Positions 24,194-32,000 of a DNA stretch of 32,000 bases are shown here, one piece after another (position 1 is the first letter of the stretch; each line of letters begins with the position of its first letter). The notes beneath the pieces were generated by a model. That model was not told where the DNA came from, made no database searches, and was given only the letters and a program-made list of their open reading frames with translations. Made by a program: the position numbers and the translations under genes. The stretch is from Dysosmobacter sp. (GTDB taxonomy: Bacteria > Bacillota > Clostridia > Oscillospirales > Oscillospiraceae), in contig JAPFEH010000005.1 of NCBI GenBank assembly GCA_026169195.1, positions 40,837 to 72,836 of the forward strand. The letters are read 5' to 3'.

Positions 24194-24337
24194 AATTTCC
24201 CTCTATTCTTTTATTGACTGAACTATATAACTCTGTTTGATTCCATACATGCGCAAAGTCGACGGTGAGGACGCCCATTCGTTCAAAGAACAAGCCGGTC
24301 TCCCCTGTGGACTCGCTGGAGGGTAGTCGCACTTGTT

Positions 24338-24375
24338 AAACCCCCGCCGTTCTCTGAAAGGAACAGCGGGGGTTT
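24338..24375 (-). terminator. Probable metK terminator
   Basis: AAACCCCCGC(C/U)GUUC ... GAAC(A/G)GCGGGGGUUU. The single mismatch becomes a G-U pair only in the minus-strand RNA. The U-tract is weak. Confidence 0.45.
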
Positions 24376-24386
24376 CCATCGGTTCT

Positions 24387-25574
24387 TTATTCCGCAACCG
24401 CAGCCCAGAGCGCATCCACCCGGTCGGTCTTCTCCCAAGAGACGCCCAGATCCTCGCGGCCCATGTGGCCGTATGCCGCCAACTGGCGGTAAATCGGCTT
24501 GCGCAGATCCAGATCCCGGATGATCGCAGTAGGACGCAGGTCAAAAACCTTACGGACAGCATCTTCCAGCTTGCCGTCATCCACCTTTCCGGTTCCGAAC
24601 GTATCCACCAGAATACTGACCGGCTGGGCGACTCCGATGGCATAAGCCAACTCGATCTGGCACTTGGATGCAAGACCGGCTGCCACAATGTTCTTGGCAA
24701 CCCAACGGGCAGCATACGCCGCACTGCGGTCCACCTTGGTGGGGTCTTTTCCGGAGAAAGCGCCGCCGCCGTGGGGAGCACTGCCGCCGTAAGTATCGAC
24801 AATGATCTTCCGGCCGGTAAGACCGGAGTCCCCCTGCGGCCCGCCAATGACAAAGCGGCCGGTGGGGTTCACATAGATCTTGGTCTGCTCATCCATCAGC
24901 TCTGCCGGAACAGAAGTCTTAATGACCATATCGATCATATCGCGGCGGATCTGCTCCAGCGTGACTTCCGGACTATGCTGCGTAGAGAGGACCACCGTGT
25001 CTACCCGAACCGGTTTTCCATGCTCATCATATTCCACTGTCACCTGTGTTTTGCCGTCGGGCCGCAGGTAGTTTACCAGCCCCACCTTGCGAACCTCGGT
25101 CAAGCGCTTGGCCATCTTCTGTGCCAGCGAGATCGCCATGGGCATCAATTCCGGCGTTTCATCGCAGGCATAGCCAAACATCATTCCCTGATCGCCGGCG
25201 CCGTTTTGCAGTTCAGCCTCACTGTCCTGCTTGCTCTCCAGCGCTTTATCCACGCCAAGCGCAATATCCGCAGACTGCTCATCAATATTGGTAATGATTC
25301 CGCAGGTATCGCAGTCAAAGCCATATTTGGCACGGTCATATCCAATATCCCGAATGACCTCCCGCGCAATGCGGGGAATATCCACATAACATTTGGTGGA
25401 TATTTCGCCCATAATATGGACAAGGCCGGTGGAAACGGTGGTTTCACAGGCCACGCGCCCCTGAGGGTCCTGCGCCATGATCGCATCCAGAACGGCATCG
25501 GAGATCTGGTCGCAGATCTTATCAGGATGCCCCTCTGTTACAGATTCTGATGTAAACATATAATGTCTTGCCAT
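24387..25574 (-). CDS. metK: S-adenosylmethionine synthase
   Basis: [36 protein letters not shown] and [16 protein letters not shown] motifs. The start MARHYMF is at 25574, with AAAGGAGG upstream. Confidence 0.96.
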   Translation of the reverse strand: MARHYMFTSESVTEGHPDKICDQISDAVLDAIMAQDPQGRVACETTVSTGLVHIMGEISTKCYVDIPRIAREVIRDIGYDRAKYGFDCDTCGIITNIDEQSADIALGVDKALESKQDSEAELQNGAGDQGMMFGYACDETPELMPMAISLAQKMAKRLTEVRKVGLVNYLRPDGKTQVTVEYDEHGKPVRVDTVVLSTQHSPEVTLEQIRRDMIDMVIKTSVPAELMDEQTKIYVNPTGRFVIGGPQGDSGLTGRKIIVDTYGGSAPHGGGAFSGKDPTKVDRSAAYAARWVAKNIVAAGLASKCQIELAYAIGVAQPVSILVDTFGTGKVDDGKLEDAVRKVFDLRPTAIIRDLDLRKPIYRQLAAYGHMGREDLGVSWEKTDRVDALWAAVAE

Positions 25575-25607
25575 AATGATCCTCCTTTGATCTTCTCGCT
25601 CAGGCAT

Positions 25608-25642
25608 GAAAAAACTGCGCGTTTCGACGACGAAACGCGCAG
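25608..25642 (-). terminator. Riboswitch expression-platform terminator
   Basis: On the minus strand, CUGCGCGUUUCG-UCGU-CGAAACGCGCAG forms a 12-bp stem followed by UUUUUU, located between the aptamer and the metK RBS. Confidence 0.85.
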
Positions 25643-25656
25643 AAAATGCCTCTTCA

Positions 25657-25750
25657 CGCTCCTCATCTGTCGGTATCCGTCGGATTTGGCACCTTACAAT
25701 GCAGGTTGCCGTGGCTTCACAGGGCCGTTCCCTCCACCACTCTTGATAAG
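25657..25750 (-). promoter_or_regulatory. SAM-I (S-box) riboswitch aptamer in the metK leader
   Basis: The minus-strand reading is CUUAUCAAGAGUGGUGGAGGGAACGGCCCUGUGAAGCCACGGCAACCUGCAUUGUAAGGUGCCAAAUCCGACGGAUACCGACAGAUGAGGAG. It carries the S-box hallmarks: UUAUCAAGAG, GGnGGAGGGA, GGCCC, UGAA, GCAACC, GGUGCCAA and AGAUGAG closing P1. Confidence 0.9.
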
Positions 25751-25772
25751 GACTATTAAATTTTCAACTATC

Positions 25773-25800
25773 ATCATAGCAGGTTCTCCGCAATTGTCAA
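25773..25800 (-). promoter_or_regulatory. metK promoter
   Basis: On the minus strand, TTGACA (25800..25795), a 16-nt spacer, then TATGAT (25778..25773), about 20 nt upstream of the aptamer. Confidence 0.6.
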
Positions 25801-25869
25801 TATAAAAGTTTTGTTTTTTCTGGAATTTTGCTGAAAATCCTCGTTTTTTCTTTCGTTCAAAAATTTTTC

Positions 25870-25898
25870 ATGACTTTTTGGATGAAAGTGGGTATAAT
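25870..25898 (+). promoter_or_regulatory. Possible promoter of the rhomboid-like gene
   Basis: ATGACT (25870-25875), a 17-nt spacer, then TATAAT (25893-25898). Confidence 0.4.
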
Positions 25899-25930
25899 GG
25901 GTTCGTTATTATCATATTGGAGGGATCTCT

Positions 25931-26797
25931 TTGAGAAAACTGAACAACGCCGTGGACCGATTCGCGTTGACCCATCCACAGTTTGGCATTCCCAACCTGA
26001 TGCGGTACATGGTTCTGATCACCGCCGCGGTATATCTGCTGGACCTTTTTTCCAAAGGCGCCGCTTCGTACATGCTGTGTTTTGACATGAACCTCGTGCT
26101 GCACGGAGAAATCTGGCGGCTTGTAACCTGGTTGATTACGCCGGAGGGCGGTAATCCTTTCTGGATGGCAGTGAGCCTGTTCTTTTACTATTCCATCGGC
26201 TCTTCTGTGGAACAGTATTGGGGGCCCACCAAGTTTACACTTTTTTATTTCTGCACCGCGATCCTGACCGTGCTCTTTGCTTTCGTCAGTCTTTTATGGA
26301 ACGGTTATCCCTCTATTACCACCACGCCCATCAACAACATCCTCTTTTTAGCGTTTGCCACACTGTATCCCACAGCTACGATCCGTCTCCAGTTGATTTT
26401 ACCGATTCAGGCCAAATGGCTGGCAGTGCTGTATGTTGTACTGACGATTTATGATATTTTGAAATACGGGTTCGGATATCTTTTGTATCTGCTGCCGATG
26501 CTGCTGGCTGTCTGGCTCTCTTACGCCGTTTTCTTCTGGGATCGGATCACAGACCTGTTGGGCGAATTCGGCTTTCAGGTCCGGCATCAAAACGCGCCGC
26601 AAACGATTCAGTTCAAATCGGCTGTTCGTCAGCAGAAAAAAAAGGAAGCAGAGCGGGGATACCGGCATAAATGTGATGTCTGCGGCCGCACAGACGCAGA
26701 TCATCCGGAGCTGGAATTCCGGTATTGTTCCCGCTGCTCCGGTTACCACTGCTTCTGTCAGGACCACATTTTCAATCACGAACATTTTACACAGTGA
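25931..26797 (+). CDS. Rhomboid-like polytopic membrane protein with a C-terminal Cys/His zinc-finger tail
   Basis: TTG start, 6 nt after GGAGGG. GEIWRLVTW and IGSSVEQYWGPTKFTLFYF resemble rhomboid TM2/TM3. The tail is CDVCGRTDADHPELEFRYCSRCSGYHCFCQDHIFNHEH. Confidence 0.65.
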   Translation: MRKLNNAVDRFALTHPQFGIPNLMRYMVLITAAVYLLDLFSKGAASYMLCFDMNLVLHGEIWRLVTWLITPEGGNPFWMAVSLFFYYSIGSSVEQYWGPTKFTLFYFCTAILTVLFAFVSLLWNGYPSITTTPINNILFLAFATLYPTATIRLQLILPIQAKWLAVLYVVLTIYDILKYGFGYLLYLLPMLLAVWLSYAVFFWDRITDLLGEFGFQVRHQNAPQTIQFKSAVRQQKKKEAERGYRHKCDVCGRTDADHPELEFRYCSRCSGYHCFCQDHIFNHEHFTQ

Positions 26798-26858
26798 ATG
26801 CCAGCTTCCTGTCTTTTAAGCAAGTCAAAATAAAAAAATAATTTTTTCAAAAAAGCTA

Positions 26859-26886
26859 TTGACAATTTTGATCTTTTCGCTATAAT
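26859..26886 (+). promoter_or_regulatory. Promoter of tRNA-Gln
   Basis: TTGACA (26859-26864), a 16-nt spacer, then TATAAT (26881-26886). The leader has a small hairpin, TCTGTTC...GAACAGA. Confidence 0.6.
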
Positions 26887-26917
26887 AGTATCTGTTCGCT
26901 GCGGTGAACAGATCAAT

Positions 26918-26991
26918 AGCGGGTTTGTGTAAAGGTAGCACAGCAGACTCTGACTCTGTATGTGAGGGTTCGAATCCTTCACCCGCTGCCA
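26918..26991 (+). tRNA. tRNA-Gln (anticodon CUG)
   Basis: Hand-folded 74-nt cloverleaf. Acceptor stem AGCGGGT/ACCCGCT, D-arm GTGT-AAAGGTA-GCAC, anticodon arm GCAGA-CTCTGAC-TCTGT, 4-nt variable loop, T-arm GAGGG-TTCGAAT-CCTTC, discriminator G and encoded CCA. Confidence 0.85.
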
Positions 26992-26994
26992 AAT

Positions 26995-27040
26995 AAAAGA
27001 GTGTGTAACCATTTCGGTTACACACTCTTTTATTATTTCT
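26995..27040 (+). terminator. Intrinsic terminator after tRNA-Gln
   Basis: AAAAGAGTGTGTAACC (26995-27010), loop ATTTC, then GGTTACACACTCTTTT (27016-27031). This is a 16-bp perfect stem followed by a T-rich tail. Confidence 0.8.
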
Positions 27041-27087
27041 GAACGATCGGAAAACTCAAATTTTGGCTGGCAAATATTCTTCTTTCG

Positions 27088-27136
27088 CAAAAATATCCGG
27101 TGCCCGTAAGTGGTGAATGACTTACGGGCACCGGAT
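27088..27136 (-). terminator. Intrinsic terminator downstream of rpoC
   Basis: ATCCGGTGCCCGTAAGT (27095-27111), an 8-nt loop, then ACTTACGGGCACCGGAT (27120-27136), a 17-bp perfect stem. The minus-strand reading is followed by AUUUUUGC. It lies about 100 nt after the rpoC stop. Confidence 0.65.
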
Positions 27137-27238
27137 GTTGCTTTTTAGAACGCGGACTGCGGCTTCTCTCAATCAGTTGCTCTTATGATACCCCTATTGA
27201 TAAAGCCACAGCATTCCGCCGCTTTACTTTTTCGTGAA

Positions 27239-30200
27239 TCAACCTTCAAAGGCAGGCGCTTCCGCAGGCTCAACAGCACCCTCATCAGGCACCAGCTCCT
27301 TGGCAAATGTGTGATACGCGTTCAGGCCGGTACCGGCAGGGATCAGCTTGCCGATGATCACATTCTCCTTCAAGCCAACCAGACGGTCTGCCTTGCCCTT
27401 GATCGCAGCTTCGGTCAGCACCTTCGTGGTCTCCTGGAAGGACGCTGCGGAGAGGAAGGAATCGGTTGCCAGAGAAGCCTTGGTAATGCCCATCAGCAGC
27501 TGTGTGCCGACAGCCTCACGCAGCGGCTCCCCGTTTTCCTGCCGTTCGCCGGCAGCATTCCGGCGGCGGATCTCCTCATTGGCATCATCCAGTTCCAGTA
27601 CATCCACCATGGAGCCATCCAGCAGCTTGGTGTCGCCGGCATCCTCCAGACGAACCTTCCGCATCATCTGACGGACAATGACCTCAATATGCTTATCGTT
27701 GATGTCAACGCCCTGCTGACGGTACACGCGGAGAACTTCCTGAATCAGATAGTTATAGACCGCATCAGCGCCGCGGATCCGCAGAACATCGTGAGGATTC
27801 AATGCGCCGTAGGTCAGCTGATGGCCTGCCGCGATCACTTGACCGTCCTTCACCTGCAGACCGGTATGAGGAACTGCATAGGTGCGGGTATCGCCGTCAT
27901 CAGCAGTGATGATAATATTCAGCAAGCTGCCCTTCGTGGCTTCCTCGAACTTGACCTTGCCGCCGATCTCCGCCAATGTCGCCATCCGCTTGGGCTTCCG
28001 GGCCTCAAACAATTCTTCCACTCGAGGAAGACCCTGCGTAATATCGCCGCCGGCCAGACCGCCGGTATGGAAGGTACGCATGGTCAGCTGAGTACCGGGC
28101 TCACCGATGGACTGGGCAGCAATGATACCGACCGCCTCACCGGGGCCAACGGGGCTCTGCGTAGCCAGGTTCATACCATAGCACTTCGCACACACGCCGC
28201 TGTGCGCTTTGCAGGTCAATACCGTGCGGATCATAACAACAGGCTTGCTGTCTTCCACAGTGGGGTCAAATGCGCAGCGGTCGACTTCGCGAACGGTATT
28301 CTGGACCCACTTGCGGCTCTCCAGCAGCTTGGCGTCCTGCTCATCCATCATCTTATCGGCAGATACCAAAATCTCGCCGGTCTCGGCATCCACCACATCA
28401 GCCACCAGATAGCGGCCGCGGACACGATCAGAAAACTTTTCAATGACCTGACCGTTCTCGCTGATTTCGGAGACCTTGATGCCGTGAGTCACGCCGCAGT
28501 TCTCTTCCCGAATGATAACGTCCTGAGAAACGTCCACCATTCGCCGGGTCAGATAACCGGAGTCAGCGGTTCGCAGAGCGGTATCCGCCAAGCCCTTTCG
28601 CGCGCCTCGGCTGGAAATGAAGTATTCCAGTGCAGTCAGACCCTCACGGTAGTTTGCCTTAATGGGGATTTCGATGGTCTTACCGGCAGTGTTCGCGATC
28701 AAACCACGCATACCCGCCAGCTGACGGATCTGCTTCATGGAGCCTCGGGCGCCGGAGTCCGCCATCATGAAGATGGGGTTATAACGGTCCAAATTGTCCT
28801 GCAGAGCCTTGGAAACGTCATCCGTGGTCTTCTCCCAGACCTGCACCACCTGCTTATAACGCTCGTGATCGGTCATAAAGCCCATCTTATACTGGTTTTC
28901 AATATCCAGAACTGCCTGCTCAGACGCTGCAACCATCTCGTATTTCTTGGGAGGAATGGTCATATCCGCGATGGAAACCGTGATTGCAGCCAGCGTGGAG
29001 TGGTGATAGCCGGTGGCCTTGATGGCATCCAGCACCTCAGCAGCCACCGTGAATCCATGCTTGTTGATGGCACGGTCCACGATCTGCCCCAACTGCTTCT
29101 TGCCGCAGGTAAAGGTGATCTCATAGTCACAGATATGGGCGGGATCCGTGCGGTCTACAAAGCCCAAATCCTGCGGAATATTCTGGTTGAAAATGATCCG
29201 GCCGGGGGTACCCTCTACCACCCGTGTCACCTCAACGCCATCCACCGTCATGGTGCGGCGCACCAGCACAGGGCAATGGGGGCCGATCGCGCCCTCGTTA
29301 TAGGCCATCAGCGCCTCATTTTCATTGGCATAGATGTGGATCGGCTTATAGGTAGCTTTCTTCTGGTCCTTCCCCAGCGCTTCATTGGCTGCGACAAATT
29401 CGTCTGCATCCACAACACTCTCAGCAGGCAAACCGGTATCGCCGGGATCCTGACACCAAATGGTCTCCGCACCCTTTTCCGCTTTGCCCAGACGATCCAT
29501 CGTCAGATAATAGGAGCCAAGCACCATATCCTGCGTCGGAACGGTGACAGGGCCGCCGTCCTGAGGACGCAGCAGGTTGTTGGCGGAAAGCATCAGGATC
29601 CGCGCCTCAGCCTGCGCCTCAGCGCTCAAAGGAACGTGAATTGCCATCTGGTCGCCGTCAAAGTCGGCGTTAAACGCGGTACAGGTCAGCGGATGCAGCT
29701 TCAGCGCGCGGCCGTCCACCAGCACCGGCTCAAATGCCTGAATGCCCAGACGGTGCAGCGTCGGAGCACGGTTGAGCATAACGGGATGGTCCTTGATGAT
29801 GACATCCAGTGCATCCCAAACTTCCGTGACACCCTTATCCACCATCTTCTTGGCAGACTTGATGTTATTGGCGGTACCGTCTTCCACCAGCTTCTTCATA
29901 ATGAAGGGGCGGAACAGCTCCACAGCCATCTCCTTGGGTACGCCACACTGATAGATCTTCAGCTCAGGTCCGACCACGATAACGCTTCGGCCGGAGTAGT
30001 CGACACGCTTACCCAGCAGGTTCTGACGGAACCGGCCCTGCTTGCCCTTGAGCAGATCGCTTAAGGACTTGAGTGCCCGGTTATTGGCGCCGGTAACAGC
30101 GCGGCCGCGGCGGCCGTTGTCGATCAGGGCATCCACTGCCTCCTGCAGCATCCGCTTTTCATTGCGGACGATGATATCGGGGGCATTGAGCTGGATCAGT

Positions 30201-31024
30201 CTCTTCAGACGGTTGTTGCGGTTGATGACCCGACGGTACAGGTCGTTCAGGTCCGAGGTCGCAAAACGGCCGCCGTCCAGCTGCACCATGGGGCGCAGCT
30301 CGGGGGGGATCACAGGCAGCACGTCAATGACCATCCACTCCGGCTTGTTGCCGGAGAGACGGAACGCGTCCACAACCTCCAGCCGCTTGACAATGCGGGC
30401 TTTCTTCTGTCCGGAGGCATCCTTCAGCTCGGCATGGAGCTGGGCAGACAACGACTCCAGATCCACATCGGCAAGCAGCTTCTTGACGGCCTCCGCGCCC
30501 ATGCCTGCCTGAAAATCATCTTCGTACTTCTCCCGGTAATCGCGGTATTCCTTTTCAGAAAGGATCTGATTCTTGGTAAGAGGCGTTTCGCCGGGATCTG
30601 TGACGATATAGTTGGCAAAGTACAGCACCTTCTCCAGAATTCTGGGGCTGATGTCCAGCAGCAGACCCATTCGGGAGGGAATGCCCTTGAAATACCAGAT
30701 GTGGGACACCGGAGTGGCCAGCTCAATATGGCCCATGCGCTCACGGCGCACCTTTGCCCGGGTGACCTCCACGCCGCAGCGGTCGCAGACCTTGCCCTTA
30801 TAGCGGATCTTCTTATACTTGCCGCAGTGGCACTCCCAGTCCTTGGTGGGTCCAAAGATCCGCTCGCAGAACAGGCCGTCCCGCTCAGGCTTCAAAGTAC
30901 GATAGTTGATGGTCTCCGGCTTTTTGACCTCGCCGTAAGACCAGGCCAAGACCTGCTCCGGGGAGGCCATGCCGATCTTGATAGCGTCAAAGGCAATGTT
31001 GTTGCCGGTATTGTTATCGATCAT
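27239..31024 (-). CDS. rpoC: DNA-directed RNA polymerase subunit beta'
   Basis: 1261 aa with the zinc-binding [23 protein letters not shown] and the catalytic [16 protein letters not shown]. Confidence 0.97.
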   Translation of the reverse strand: MIDNNTGNNIAFDAIKIGMASPEQVLAWSYGEVKKPETINYRTLKPERDGLFCERIFGPTKDWECHCGKYKKIRYKGKVCDRCGVEVTRAKVRRERMGHIELATPVSHIWYFKGIPSRMGLLLDISPRILEKVLYFANYIVTDPGETPLTKNQILSEKEYRDYREKYEDDFQAGMGAEAVKKLLADVDLESLSAQLHAELKDASGQKKARIVKRLEVVDAFRLSGNKPEWMVIDVLPVIPPELRPMVQLDGGRFATSDLNDLYRRVINRNNRLKRLIQLNAPDIIVRNEKRMLQEAVDALIDNGRRGRAVTGANNRALKSLSDLLKGKQGRFRQNLLGKRVDYSGRSVIVVGPELKIYQCGVPKEMAVELFRPFIMKKLVEDGTANNIKSAKKMVDKGVTEVWDALDVIIKDHPVMLNRAPTLHRLGIQAFEPVLVDGRALKLHPLTCTAFNADFDGDQMAIHVPLSAEAQAEARILMLSANNLLRPQDGGPVTVPTQDMVLGSYYLTMDRLGKAEKGAETIWCQDPGDTGLPAESVVDADEFVAANEALGKDQKKATYKPIHIYANENEALMAYNEGAIGPHCPVLVRRTMTVDGVEVTRVVEGTPGRIIFNQNIPQDLGFVDRTDPAHICDYEITFTCGKKQLGQIVDRAINKHGFTVAAEVLDAIKATGYHHSTLAAITVSIADMTIPPKKYEMVAASEQAVLDIENQYKMGFMTDHERYKQVVQVWEKTTDDVSKALQDNLDRYNPIFMMADSGARGSMKQIRQLAGMRGLIANTAGKTIEIPIKANYREGLTALEYFISSRGARKGLADTALRTADSGYLTRRMVDVSQDVIIREENCGVTHGIKVSEISENGQVIEKFSDRVRGRYLVADVVDAETGEILVSADKMMDEQDAKLLESRKWVQNTVREVDRCAFDPTVEDSKPVVMIRTVLTCKAHSGVCAKCYGMNLATQSPVGPGEAVGIIAAQSIGEPGTQLTMRTFHTGGLAGGDITQGLPRVEELFEARKPKRMATLAEIGGKVKFEEATKGSLLNIIITADDGDTRTYAVPHTGLQVKDGQVIAAGHQLTYGALNPHDVLRIRGADAVYNYLIQEVLRVYRQQGVDINDKHIEVIVRQMMRKVRLEDAGDTKLLDGSMVDVLELDDANEEIRRRNAAGERQENGEPLREAVGTQLLMGITKASLATDSFLSAASFQETTKVLTEAAIKGKADRLVGLKENVIIGKLIPAGTGLNAYHTFAKELVPDEGAVEPAEAPAFEG

Positions 31025-31079
31025 ATTTCGATTTCCTCCTTCAATGATTCAGAATTTCAGTGTTTGACGAATCTCTGAA

Positions 31080-32000
<921 letters not shown>

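Noticed and set aside
24194-24337. A GC-normal 140-nt stretch between the low-GC module and the metK terminator, considered as a possible att site, tRNA fragment or sRNA
   Set aside because: I found no T-arm (GGTTCGAAT-like) sequence, no direct repeat matching the other side of the insert and no convincing promoter or terminator. It is left unannotated.
26776-27090. A 104-aa minus-strand ORF and a 66-aa ORF at 26825-27025(-)
   Set aside because: They overlap the tRNA-Gln gene together with its promoter and terminator, which makes them spurious.
27185-30064. A 959-aa ORF on the plus strand
   Set aside because: It is exactly antisense to rpoC, whose product carries unmistakable beta-prime motifs. 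The product is low-complexity and rich in Leu/Arg/Gly/His, with no RBS. This is the mirror-frame artefact typical of high-GC coding DNA.

Overview
The window looks like a chromosomal segment of a high-GC (roughly 55-60% by eye) Firmicutes/Clostridia-type genome. That assignment is an inference from sigma-A-type promoters, GGAGG ribosome-binding sites, an S-box riboswitch and the gene content. Most genes are housekeeping and lie on the minus strand. They are a DUF218 gene (partial, absent from the ORF track), an ABC-F ATPase, murF, ddl, a DUF4317 gene, a TepA/ClpP-like gene, proB-proA-(membrane ORF)-proC, a cytidylate-kinase-like gene, thiamine pyrophosphokinase, rluD, lspA, metK with a clear SAM-I riboswitch, a rhomboid-like gene, tRNA-Gln(CUG), rpoC and the 3' end of rpoB. 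The accessory-looking content is:

1. A 7.2-kb molybdenum-hydroxylase block. It holds an XdhABC-like three-subunit enzyme, a MocA-like cytidylyltransferase and a fused FeS-MoCo Mop/XdhD-like enzyme. Both promoters carry the same dyad, AAAGGT-CA-ACCTTT.
2. Three small 'HTH regulator + small multi-TM protein' two-gene modules. One is a low-GC insertion whose promoter is bracketed by a perfect 15-bp inverted repeat.
3. A 430-nt non-coding gap holding seven perfect stem-loops, including a covarying hairpin pair and competing helices.

I see no large multi-gene novel system (defence, secretion, biosynthetic), no CRISPR array, no transposase or integrase and no rRNA. The long ORFs antisense to conserved genes are high-GC artefacts. 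All family assignments come from reading motifs by eye, and no database search was run.
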